From: Coleofasciculus sp. B1-GNL1-01
Lineage (GTDB): Bacteria > Cyanobacteriota > Cyanobacteriia > Cyanobacteriales > Coleofasciculaceae
Direction: 5' to 3' (one strand)
Assembly (NCBI GenBank): GCA_040220235.1
Contig: JAVJTO010000055.1
Length of the DNA stretch: 64,000 nucleotides
In this document: positions 18,801 to 27,118 of the stretch, piece after piece
How positions within the stretch are numbered: position 1 is the first letter of the stretch
Layout of the letters: each line of letters begins with the position of its first letter
Made by a program: the position numbers and the translations under genes
Notes under the pieces: generated by a model
Told to the model about the DNA's origin: nothing
The model's database searches: none
What the model saw: only the letters and a program-made list of their open reading frames with translations

Positions 18801-18961
18801 TAGGATTAAACTCTTCCCAAGACTTTGATGATGTTGCAATTGAGCAGGTTGGTCGAGATTTTGTTCTTCAGTTCAATGCTGATTCTAATGGCAGTATGTT
18901 GGAGTGTGTGGCGTGCGATCGCGTTACACTTGTCCAATATGTAAACCTGCCTGCCAAATAA
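15896..18961 (+). CDS. Multidomain RNA-repair protein: MJ1316 + EEP phosphodiesterase + 2H phosphoesterase + eukaryote-type poly(A) polymerase
   Basis: IYDRILWD...IPLHRIRY...VWDR (MJ1316); SFNVL, ALQE, VGDFN, RFDRI, PSDHFG (EEP); PHINL/PHLSV (2H); GSARLG...SDLDVLC, VDLLYA, VRAWAKARQIHGNAWGFLGSFSW, PVIT..PCQNSARNV (PAP). Confidence 0.85.
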   Translation: MSEQKVQKKKMATIREIYDRILWDARLDRSAFAIGYIERRSEEGIREKPFTSWSTDGDIPLHRIRYIRCGEEIVWDRDQHLDLFSAGQLPDAAFLAHPQEETHWATVTPPAQSQHLLFKPRSAYQYSSQGWQPTDQPSTETTIGTLTIASFNVLCDSYEQERIQTAQRLPVIVEHLRRCDADIIALQEATPPLLDVLLKQDWVHSYTISESPEGQTLKPYGVLLLSRLPFTLVEHQYSAHKRVLVGTWQINGRSLHLAVVHLTSNRARNALEVRANQRSVLLEYLKTLPGESFIVGDFNSRGDEPEEELSQSGFVDVWTLLHPDDPGYTFDPERNPLATLMSLNGEAARFDRILQRSEDGCWMPRSMELFACEPVADTQGTLYPSDHFGIRAVLDYSTPTIAALQTVPPVYRSAVVVIPSADVLPAIQAIRHRYDRRFHRWMPHINLLYGFVPEEYFEEAAQAIALALAQWQPFEITLTSFEAFKHRSSCTAWLRPVAQPPDALHQLQAVLQQLFLQCDEQSQKSAAGFTPHLSVGQFPTAQEAKTQLPSWHPVSFLVNSVALISRRGDEPFEVRYRVHLGQESKDCRDAPWRVWEAGEETTNLMQRLNHLEPELSQEQRQHRETILALVEQACAECLGFPVSLHRVGSARLGVQSPQSDLDVLCLIPAYLSGEAFLESVGQRLEGLCDRAQVVSSAKIPLLRMGFEGVSVDLLYARYPSDLGTVEPFTEAARPFFDPVSWKALVGCLEADILTAIVRQSVPLASFRQLLRAVRAWAKARQIHGNAWGFLGSFSWALLAAWSCTRFPEAGADTGLEALLAHFFQVLNQQDWSQPVALTPAGKQYQKLPYDWLPVITSIEPCQNSARNVTRSTAQILRREFERGAAISEQVLAGKIGWDALFEIADLPTQSDSFLVLTATCDNNDRLSACCGWLEGHAIGLVIALEQQLDLYVRPWTGILKGQNRICAVLGLNSSQDFDDVAIEQVGRDFVLQFNADSNGSMLECVACDRVTLVQYVNLPAK

Positions 18962-19125
18962 CTAGAGCGCCAGTCCAGTAATCAAAATCGATACTAGAAT
19001 CTACGACAATCTGTAAATGTTTGTGGAAATTTGTCAAGTTAGCCGGGAATATATTAACAGTAGAATCCTTGTTTAATAAGGCTTTCAGGTAGTTTAAGAT
19101 AGAGGCGGATAAAAGAGGGTACTAT

Positions 19126-19635
19126 CTAGAGGGGACTACCTGTCGGGAATAGCAGTGCTAATCGCTTTTCCCGGAGTTTAGCCTCTTCAGTACAAATCTC
19201 TTCAATCTGCTTTACAATTTCTGCATCAACACCAACTTTAGCTGCCATTTTGGTAACAGTTTCCCGCTCTCCGCTACTATATTCACCATCCGCTGAGCAA
19301 GCCCTGATCGCGTCATAGACAAGATAGCGTCGAGACGCATTTGCTGCGGCATCTCTAGAAATAACTGAATCAATGTCTTCATCCGCCTCATCCGCCGGGT
19401 AAGTTTTGAGTTTTTCAACCACTTGATCAGGGGCGCCAAGGGCTGATGCGTACCCAACAATCCAATCTCGTTCCGCCTGAGTTAACTCATTATCGCCATT
19501 GGCACAAATCAATAACGATTTCATATAACTATCGTAGGAAGAAGATCCTGGAATATCGTTCAAACCGCATCTCTCAGCGAAAATCCAATAAACACCTTCT
19601 TTTCGGGTAGACATAATCCGATTACTCCTGATCAA
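19126..19635 (-). CDS. TerB-like domain protein
   Basis: two repeats ANGDNELTQAERDWI / SADGEYSSGERETV typical of the TerB fold. Confidence 0.6.
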   Translation of the reverse strand: MIRSNRIMSTRKEGVYWIFAERCGLNDIPGSSSYDSYMKSLLICANGDNELTQAERDWIVGYASALGAPDQVVEKLKTYPADEADEDIDSVISRDAAANASRRYLVYDAIRACSADGEYSSGERETVTKMAAKVGVDAEIVKQIEEICTEEAKLREKRLALLFPTGSPL

Positions 19636-19950
19636 TATTTGACGGGCTGGTAGGGAGCTTTATGCCTTACCATCCCAACTAAAAAGAATAACAAAATATC
19701 GGCTTACTGTAAAGCTAAAATCAATTAATTTTTTATCTGAATTAACCTCTTAATAAATGGACAAGGCGGCACTTGTTTCTGTCTCGTGATAAGTCTCTAC
19801 AAAAGTACCGTTCACCCAGTCAACACAGCGCTTTGCATCTAATACCAAATCCGGGTTAGCCACCCCCCTTATAAGCTAGTCCGCGCAGGCTGACTTTGTT
19901 TGTGTAGCTGCGACTTCTAGTCGCTAGGGCAAAAAAGGGGTTCCTTATGC

Positions 19951-21294
19951 TTATGCCTGAATTTCAAAATTATTCAGATAAGCAATCGGATCACTCGGAT
20001 CAAATTGGCGTTGATCGATAAAAACGGTAGCAGGTTCTACTTTCATCGGATCACTGGGTAGCTCAATCTTTAATGCCTCCGCCACTTCTGTATAAACGTC
20101 TAACGGATAAATTTCCTCCAGGATTTCATCAGCATCCTTGGGATAATCTTGTTGCTCAATTTGACCCCAACGAATCATCTGAGTCAGCAACCACATCCCA
20201 TGAGAACGCCAGGGATAGTTAACTGGATTCGGCTTTTCTGGATCATCGCTATTTTGACCATAAAACCGATAGAAATTAGGAATCGTTTCCAACCGTTCCT
20301 GGTTATCAAAACCACCATAACTATAGTTACCCAATAAAGTCGGTTCTATAAATTCCTGATCCGTATCCAGATACCTGCTTTGGGCAAGAATTTGGGCAAC
20401 TTCGCGGCGATTTTGGGCTTGCTCACAAAACTGACAGGCTTCGAGAATCGCCGCAACTAAAGCTCTCGCGGTTGCGGGATGTTCCTCCACCCAAGCTTGC
20501 ATTGTGGCTAGCACATTTCCCGGATGTCCCGTCCAAATATTCTGAGAGATATTGCCGATAAATCCATTTCCCTGCAAAACTGTCTGTTGGTTCCAGGGTT
20601 CACTGCTGCTATAGGCATCCATCACCCCGGCTTGAATTTTATAGATCATTTGGGAGGGGGCAATCTCCATAAATTCAACCTCGCTTTCCGGATTAATTCC
20701 CATCGCCGCTAACCAATAGCGGCTAATGTAATAATCCATCGAAGCATTCGACTCTGTGGCAAAGATAGGCGGTTCCTGGAATTTGCGAACATATTGTCTA
20801 TAGGAATCGGCAAACTCCTGAAAGGTGAAATATTCAATCGCTGGTCGAATTCCCGCGTCCCAGGCTTTGGGAGATAAGGTAATGCTACTGCCATGGAGAT
20901 TGAGTACCATCAGGGCAATCATGGGGGCGGATTCTGAGCCTAATTGTGCCATCATTGGCATTCCATACAAGGCTTGAGCCGCATCTAACTGGTAGTCGAG
21001 TAAGCCATCCTGAATTTGATTCCAATTCTCTTGCTTACTCAGGCTAACATTCAGTCCATAGCGAGCAAAAAAGCCTAATTCTTGGGCGATAACGAGGGGC
21101 GCACTTTCGATAATGGGAATAATGCCGAGGTTGAGGTACGTTTTTTCGAGTTTGCCAAAGTCAACATCTGAGACGGAGGAGGATTCAGATGAGTTATTCT
21201 TTCCGGAAGTGGACAAATTCACCGAGTTGCAAGCTGCAAAGGCTAATCCTGTACTTGCCAGACTGGTGTATTTGAGAAAATGGCGGCGCTTCAT
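19951..21294 (-). CDS. CmpA/NrtA-family ABC transporter substrate-binding lipoprotein
   Basis: RRHFLK Tat signal, FAAC lipobox, LNLGIIPIIESAPLVIAQELGFF, RYWLAAMGINP, EPWNQ, YPWRSHGMWLLTQMIRWG. Confidence 0.85.
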   Translation of the reverse strand: MKRRHFLKYTSLASTGLAFAACNSVNLSTSGKNNSSESSSVSDVDFGKLEKTYLNLGIIPIIESAPLVIAQELGFFARYGLNVSLSKQENWNQIQDGLLDYQLDAAQALYGMPMMAQLGSESAPMIALMVLNLHGSSITLSPKAWDAGIRPAIEYFTFQEFADSYRQYVRKFQEPPIFATESNASMDYYISRYWLAAMGINPESEVEFMEIAPSQMIYKIQAGVMDAYSSSEPWNQQTVLQGNGFIGNISQNIWTGHPGNVLATMQAWVEEHPATARALVAAILEACQFCEQAQNRREVAQILAQSRYLDTDQEFIEPTLLGNYSYGGFDNQERLETIPNFYRFYGQNSDDPEKPNPVNYPWRSHGMWLLTQMIRWGQIEQQDYPKDADEILEEIYPLDVYTEVAEALKIELPSDPMKVEPATVFIDQRQFDPSDPIAYLNNFEIQA

Positions 21295-21349
21295 GTTCTT
21301 GTATTCTCACCCAATAAATTATAGATGCTGACTTGAATCTACCGCGTTT

Positions 21350-21617
21350 GGGGAAGATGGGGGAGATGGGGGAGATGGGGGAGATGGGGAAGATGGGGGA
21401 GATGGGGGAGATGGGGGAGATGGGGGAGATGGGGGAGATGGGGAAGATGGGGGAGATGGGGAAGATGGGGGAGATGAGGGAGATGGGGAAGATGGGGGAG
21501 ATGGGGGAGATGGGGGAGATGGGGGAGATGGGGGAGATGGGGGAGATGGGGGAGATGGGGGAGATGAGGGAGATGGGGGAGATGAGGGAGATGGGGAAGA
21601 TGGGGGAGATGGGGGAG
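21350..21617 (+). repeat. Tandem 9-mer (GGGGAGATG)n, about 30 copies
   Basis: direct reading; variants GGGAAGATG and AGGGAGATG. Confidence 0.95.
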
Positions 21618-21634
21618 AAAAATTCAATCTTGAA

Positions 21635-21877
21635 CGTCAATAATAGCAAAATCCTTGTAGTGCGAGCATCTTGCTCGCTACATTGAACATCTTGCTCGCT
21701 ACATTGAACATCTTGCTCGCTACATTGAACATCTTGCTCGCTACATTGAACATCTTGCTCGCTACATTGAACATCTTGCTCGCTACATTGAACATCTTGC
21801 TCGCTACATTGAGCATCTTGCTCGCTACCTTGAACATCTTGCTCGCTACTAATACCCAATTTAGATGCATGACAGCT
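21635..21877. mobile_element. Copy of the 99-bp MITE, one end lost, with internal 21-bp unit amplified 9x
   Basis: aaatccttgtagtgcgag(catcttgctcgctacattgaa)x9...atgcatgacagct-TA. Confidence 0.8.
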
Positions 21878-21888
21878 TATCCGATCAG

Positions 21889-22485
21889 TCAGGTATCGAC
21901 TACCGTTTTACTAATCGGTTGACCTGTCCAAACGATAACCGATAAAAGTTGGCTACGCGGTTCCGCCTTAAATCCCCCAACCACGGGTTTAATTTCCAGG
22001 AAAAATATTTCCCAACACGCTGGTTCCATGACCCACTGTATCGGTGTGTTCGGCAACTGGATGCCGCATCGTTGGACTGATGATCCATAAATCGGGCGAA
22101 TCGTTGAAGGACAAAACAGTAAGTCAATAACGTTCGGTTTAAACCCATATTTAGCCGCAAAATAGGTGACATCTTCCCATTGATAAATTAACTTGTCGTT
22201 CGTCCCTAAATAGTCATCATTTTCTGAACAATTGGCTCCAAGTAACCACACTAATCTAGAGCATATCACTTCCACGCGCAGGCGATCGCTCCTAAGTAGG
22301 TTTACCTCTTCAGGCAGCAAGATAGCGTCAGATTTGGGCGACCAAATCTGGACGGAGGTATTGCCATCAATGGACACCTCTCTCAAGATGAGATGGGGCG
22401 GATATCCGGCAGGATACGCAGGCGCGATCGCCAGTTCCTCCGGAATGAATCGATTAATCATATTACCTACTGCAATGTCTGCCAC
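21889..22485 (-). CDS. Hypothetical protein
   Basis: 198-aa ORF, no motif recognised. Confidence 0.5.
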   Translation of the reverse strand: MADIAVGNMINRFIPEELAIAPAYPAGYPPHLILREVSIDGNTSVQIWSPKSDAILLPEEVNLLRSDRLRVEVICSRLVWLLGANCSENDDYLGTNDKLIYQWEDVTYFAAKYGFKPNVIDLLFCPSTIRPIYGSSVQRCGIQLPNTPIQWVMEPACWEIFFLEIKPVVGGFKAEPRSQLLSVIVWTGQPISKTVVDT

Positions 22486-22636
22486 TCAATCGAAGAGTGC
22501 TATACCTTGCAGTTTCGTATATTTAGGCATGAAATTAGGATAATTTATGCATTTAACGAATCAAAATTATTTTATTTTTGCATAAATTATCCTAAAATTG
22601 GCAATTATCCCAAAAAACGTCACGGTTTAGGTAAGT

Positions 22637-23410
22637 TCATCCACATCCCCAGCCTGTTGTTTGCAAATGAAAACTATTCGAGTTTAATGCGTCTTGATCA
22701 AAGCTTGCGGCTTGAATCAATGCTTGGAAAATGGAAAAATGTCTGGAATCTGGGAGGGATAGTTCTGGATGCCATTGCAGCGCGATCGCAAAAGGATGCT
22801 GTTTATGTTCTAATGCTTCAATTAAGCCATCTTCGGCTTTAGCGACAATCTGCCAACTACAAGGTATTGTACGCACGGTTTGATGATGCCAAGAGACAAC
22901 AGTAAGTTCCTCCTCTCCCATAATTCCAGACAGTTGGCTATCGGCATAAATCCGCACCGTATGCTGACTCGGTTTAAGCATTTCCTCGCGATGCAAGATA
23001 TCTTCCCCAAATTCATCTGGCAGATGGGGAACTAAATCACCCCCACTCGCTACCATCAGCACTTCTAAGCCGCGACAAATCCCCAAAACAGGCTTGTGTT
23101 TCGCCAATGCTAGTTTCGCGAGTGCCAATTCAGCCTGATCTCGTTCCGGATCAGTGCCATAAATCGTCGGATGAGAGGAACCGTTGTAGAAATCGGGATC
23201 AATATCACCCCCACCTGTAAAAATTAATCCATCCACCTGGTTCAGCAAAACCGCAGGATCAGATTGAACAGGCGGAAGCAAAATGGGTATCCCTCCAGCA
23301 GACTGGACTGCCTGAGTATAACCCGCTGGGGAATAAAAATTTCCCGTTGGCTTGTCGTTATAGGTAGTAATTCCAATGATTGGCTGTGTCATCGGCTTTG
23401 GATTCATCAA
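22637..23410 (-). CDS. Peptidase C26 / gamma-glutamyl-gamma-aminobutyrate hydrolase (PuuD-like)
   Basis: GGGDIDP, LGICRG, SWHHQ, LQWHPE class I glutamine-amidotransferase triad. Confidence 0.9.
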   Translation of the reverse strand: MMNPKPMTQPIIGITTYNDKPTGNFYSPAGYTQAVQSAGGIPILLPPVQSDPAVLLNQVDGLIFTGGGDIDPDFYNGSSHPTIYGTDPERDQAELALAKLALAKHKPVLGICRGLEVLMVASGGDLVPHLPDEFGEDILHREEMLKPSQHTVRIYADSQLSGIMGEEELTVVSWHHQTVRTIPCSWQIVAKAEDGLIEALEHKQHPFAIALQWHPELSLPDSRHFSIFQALIQAASFDQDALNSNSFHLQTTGWGCG

Positions 23411-24052
23411 GGAAAGTGTCGATAAGGGTTTTCTGATTTAGCCTATACAATTTTTACGGAATAAATTGATAGAATCACTGCATTCTCAGCGATGAATTCC
23501 AGCTACAGGGAAGAAAATGAGCAAGGGAACGCATCAACCCCAAACGGCTACGCTGTTAATCTCCGCCATCAGGTTTTAGTTGACGGGAATCGAACTGTGG
23601 TTTTTGCTTAAGCAAAATCTGTAGAGGGTATGGCTATGCCTATTTCCCTAGAACGAGAACGTCTCATTTTTTCTGGCTAAATAAAACTTATTGAGTCATG
23701 GCTAGTCACTGCACTGATAGATTAGGATTGTACTCTCTAATTTTAGAACTTTTTTGGGTTAGAAAAGTTTGTAGTAGGCACGAAGCGTGCCAGAAGCGCT
23801 AAAGCGCTGACTACGAACTCGTATTCTAGGGGTTAAAAAGGGCTTGTTTGGCTTGTTCTAGCAAAAACTGTTCATAGACACAGCAAATCGATCGCAGGTA
23901 GCGGGTAAAATCGATAGAGTAGTCTTGAACCATGGCAATGCTGTAATCTAGGCAATGCGATCGCTCTTCAACAGACAGAGGCGATCAGATTACTAATTCT
24001 GTGGTGGTGGTTTGGATCAGAACTTTTGAGGTGACAAACCCGTAACCCAGAA

Positions 24053-24086
24053 CAAATGACAAATGACGAAGGACGAATGACGAAGG
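24053..24086 (+). repeat. STRR-type heptamer repeats (aaatgac-like); also about 35387-35432, 42284-42345, 48222-48292
   Basis: direct reading. Confidence 0.8.
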
Positions 24087-24092
24087 ATAATC

Positions 24093-25028
24093 ATGCGAAT
24101 TTTAATCATGGGTGGCACTCGCTTCATTGGAGTCTACTTAACCAAAATCTTAGTTGAACAAGGACATGAGGTGGTACTGTTCAACCGAGGGAATAAACCT
24201 GCCCCTGTTGAAGGGGTACAACAGATTCATGGCGATCGCAAAGACGCTACCCAACTCAAGGAAAAGCTGTCTGGAGAAACGTTTGATGCCATCTTTGATA
24301 ATAACGGGCGGGAACTCAGTGACACTCAACCCCTAGTTGAGATATTTAAAGACAAAGTACAGCATTTTGTCTATATGAGTTCGGCAGGTGTCTATTTACA
24401 ATCTGACCAAATGCCCCATGTAGAAGGCGATTCTGTTGATCCGAAAAGTCGTCACAAAGGGAAACATGAGACGGAAGCGTATCTAGACGCCCAGGGAATT
24501 CCCTTTACGGCGATTCGTCCAACCTATATTTATGGACCTCAAAACTATAATGACTTAGAAGCCTGGTTCTTTGACCGCATTGTTCGCGATCGCCCGATCC
24601 TAATTCCCAGTAGTGGTCTATATATCACACAACTGGGACATTGTAAAGATTTAGCCCGTGCCATGTCTATGGTACTAGGAAACCAGCAAGCCATTGGACA
24701 AATTTACAATGTATCTGGCGATCGTTATGTCACCTTTGACGGCTTGGCAAACGCCTGTATTGTCGCGGCGGGCAAATCCCCCAAGGATTTCGATCTGTTA
24801 CATTACAATCCCAAAAAATTTGATTTTGGCAAGCGCAAAGCGTTCCCCCTGCGAACCCAACACTTTTTTGCTGATGTCCAGAAAGCCAAGACTCAACTCA
24901 AATGGGAACCGGAATATGACTTGATATCGGGACTTAAGGACTCATTCCAAAATGATTACCTAGCATCTGGACGTCATGAAGCGGAGGTGGATTTCTCCTT
25001 AGATGACCAAATATTAGCCGCGAGTTGA
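24093..25028 (+). CDS. NAD-dependent epimerase/dehydratase family protein (CSP41b-like RNA-binding protein)
   Basis: MGGTRFIG, FNRG, FDNNGRE, YMSSAGVY, RPTYIYGPQNYN, GKRKAFPLR. Confidence 0.85.
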   Translation: MRILIMGGTRFIGVYLTKILVEQGHEVVLFNRGNKPAPVEGVQQIHGDRKDATQLKEKLSGETFDAIFDNNGRELSDTQPLVEIFKDKVQHFVYMSSAGVYLQSDQMPHVEGDSVDPKSRHKGKHETEAYLDAQGIPFTAIRPTYIYGPQNYNDLEAWFFDRIVRDRPILIPSSGLYITQLGHCKDLARAMSMVLGNQQAIGQIYNVSGDRYVTFDGLANACIVAAGKSPKDFDLLHYNPKKFDFGKRKAFPLRTQHFFADVQKAKTQLKWEPEYDLISGLKDSFQNDYLASGRHEAEVDFSLDDQILAAS

Positions 25029-25531
25029 GGTAAAAGGTAAATTCCGCCAGAAATTAGGGTGAGGACAACCGATAACCAAAATAGGACAAGGGATGGCATC
25101 TCCCACACCTGCGGAAGTGGTGCAATTAATAGGGCAACTGCTGTAATTTGAGTTACGGTTTTGAGTTTGCCCCAAATATTTGCGCCACTAATTTCCTGGG
25201 TCAAATTGGGGTTCACTCGCCAACCCGCGATCGCTAATTCCCGCGCTAAAATCAGAAACACCCCCCAAGCGGGAACCTGACCCAATTCGATTAAGGCTAA
25301 AAGGGGGGCTAAGACTAATAATTTATCCACTAACGGATCAAGAAATTTTCCTAAATCCGTAACTTGATCCAGTTTTCGCGCCAGATAACCATCTAACCAA
25401 TCCGTACCTGCGGCGATGAGAAAGATTGCCAGACAAATCCAGCGCGTCTGATCTGTGGGATCATGCAGTCCGTATAGAATAAAGGGCAATCCGAGTAATC
25501 GAGAAAATGTAATCCATGTGGGTAGTGTCAT
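24974..25531 (-). CDS. pgsA: CDP-diacylglycerol--glycerol-3-phosphate 3-phosphatidyltransferase
   Basis: TDWLDGYLARKLDQVTDLGKFLDPLVDK; ARE...GWR; GKLKT. Confidence 0.9.
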   Translation of the reverse strand: MTLPTWITFSRLLGLPFILYGLHDPTDQTRWICLAIFLIAAGTDWLDGYLARKLDQVTDLGKFLDPLVDKLLVLAPLLALIELGQVPAWGVFLILARELAIAGWRVNPNLTQEISGANIWGKLKTVTQITAVALLIAPLPQVWEMPSLVLFWLSVVLTLISGGIYLLPQLAANIWSSKEKSTSAS

Positions 25532-25545
25532 CAGATTTATGAATC

Positions 25546-25745
25546 AGGGCGGGTTTTGTTGTTCTGTTATCGGTGGGGAGGGCGGGTTTTGCTGTTCTGT
25601 TATCGGTGGGGAGGGCGGGTTTTGTTGTTCCGTTATCGGTGGGGAGGGCGGGTTTTGCTGTTCTGTTATCGGTGACTAGCTGAATTGAGTCCCTAAACCC
25701 GCCCCTACAATTGTCCCTAAACCCGCCCCTACAATTGTCCCTGAA
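25546..25745. repeat. REPIN-like element with 33-bp (x4) and 24-bp (x2-3) tandem units
   Basis: gggcgggttttg.tgttc.gttatcggtggggag and gtccctaaacccgcccctacaatt; family also at about 39166-39410, 42202-42265, 58206-58267. Confidence 0.85.
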
Positions 25746-25876
25746 CATTATTTTTTTAGTTTAATCGAGTTAGGATTAGAAAATCTTAATTGCTGGATGT
25801 TGTTTAAATATTAAGGATTGAAAAATTACAAAGAATTTTTTCGGCAATAGCAACTTAAACCGAGATACACGTCGGT

Positions 25877-26563
25877 TCAATGCGCTCCTTGCTTCTTCAG
25901 AACTACAGCAATCGTTTTCAGAATGAGCTGGAAGTCATAGAGAAGAGACCACTTGCGCTGATAAGCTAGATCCATCGACACAATATCTTCAAAATCAATC
26001 ACACTAGAGCGACCATGGACTTGCCATTCTCCAGTCATTCCTGGCTTAGTTCTCAATCGTTGCCAATGATGCGACTTATAGTGCTGTACTTCATTCAGGG
26101 TGGGCGGACGAGTCCCGACTAAGCTCATCTCACCGTTAAGCACATTCCAAAATTGAGGCAATTCATCCAAGCTGGTGCGCCGCAAAAACCGACCTACACG
26201 AGTGATGCGAGGGTCGTTGGTATTTTTAAAGATATGACCTTTTGCCTGATTTTGCACCAAATGTTGCCTGCGATCAGCATCTACAACCATTGAACGAAAT
26301 TTCAAGATGCGAAAGGATTTACCTCGTAAACCACAACGAAGTTGACGATAGAAGATTGGACCAGGATCGTCAATCTGGATGGCGATCACAATTGGTATGG
26401 CGAGAATTGCCGTCAGAAACAAGCCAACCACAGCTCCCAGAATATCAATGAGACGTTTAATTTTGCAGGTTGCCGATCGGTGCTGCACAATTAATCGAGA
26501 GGAACTTTGGAGCTGGGGGGGATCACCCGGTAAGGGTGTGGAACCGTTTGATGTAGTAAACAC
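25877..26563 (-). CDS. Bacterial sugar transferase (priming glycosyltransferase)
   Basis: KRLIDILG, KFRSM, DPRITRVGRFLRRTSLDELPQ, MSLVGTRP, KPGMTG. Confidence 0.9.
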   Translation of the reverse strand: MFTTSNGSTPLPGDPPQLQSSSRLIVQHRSATCKIKRLIDILGAVVGLFLTAILAIPIVIAIQIDDPGPIFYRQLRCGLRGKSFRILKFRSMVVDADRRQHLVQNQAKGHIFKNTNDPRITRVGRFLRRTSLDELPQFWNVLNGEMSLVGTRPPTLNEVQHYKSHHWQRLRTKPGMTGEWQVHGRSSVIDFEDIVSMDLAYQRKWSLLYDFQLILKTIAVVLKKQGAH

Positions 26564-27118
26564 AGTGCAAACTCAGTTGTATTACAAGTTGTAAGTTATT
26601 TAGCCGATTATCATGTTCTATATTATTGAGAGGTTTGCCAAAAAAAAATAGTCCGTTGGATACACTTCACGAATTCTTTACAATTCTATAGCGACTGAAT
26701 GCAGTTTTTATGAAGATATGATGAAGATTATGGATTGAGATTAACGAGGATTACGCCATCTAACAATTTCTAATCAAAGCTGAAAGCGCGATCTAGGGTC
26801 TAAGTAATGACTTTACCTTTGGCATCTATCTTAAGATGTAGATTATATAGTCATAGCCCGTTTAAATGAGGCGTGAACATAAATGGCGCTAAAACCCTTA
26901 TCCAGTAAGGGTTATCATTTCACAACTGATTTAGAGGTTACTGAATAAGTAGGGGCTGCTAAATAAGTCTTGTGGTAGGGAGAGGCAATAGGGAATAGGG
27001 AATGGGAAACAGAGAACAGTTGTAGTGTGAGCGTCTCGTTCGCTATTTTGTCAGGGTTTTTATCTATGTTTCATAAGAAGACGCTATATGCAACGTCTCT
27101 AAAGTATGTTGATAGCTT

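Noticed and set aside
21667..21848. Regular 21-bp repeats as a CRISPR array
   Set aside because: Units are head-to-tail with no unique spacers, no cas genes are present, and the array lies within a MITE
21194..21922. ORFs with ISP/GEM/PPS/SEQDVQC repeats (collagen-like or repeat proteins)
   Set aside because: They are translations of non-coding 9-mer and 21-mer tandem repeats, open in several frames
24974..25028. 55-bp convergent overlap of pgsA and the epimerase gene
   Set aside because: Probably a short C-terminal run-on; common and uninformative without orthologue comparison
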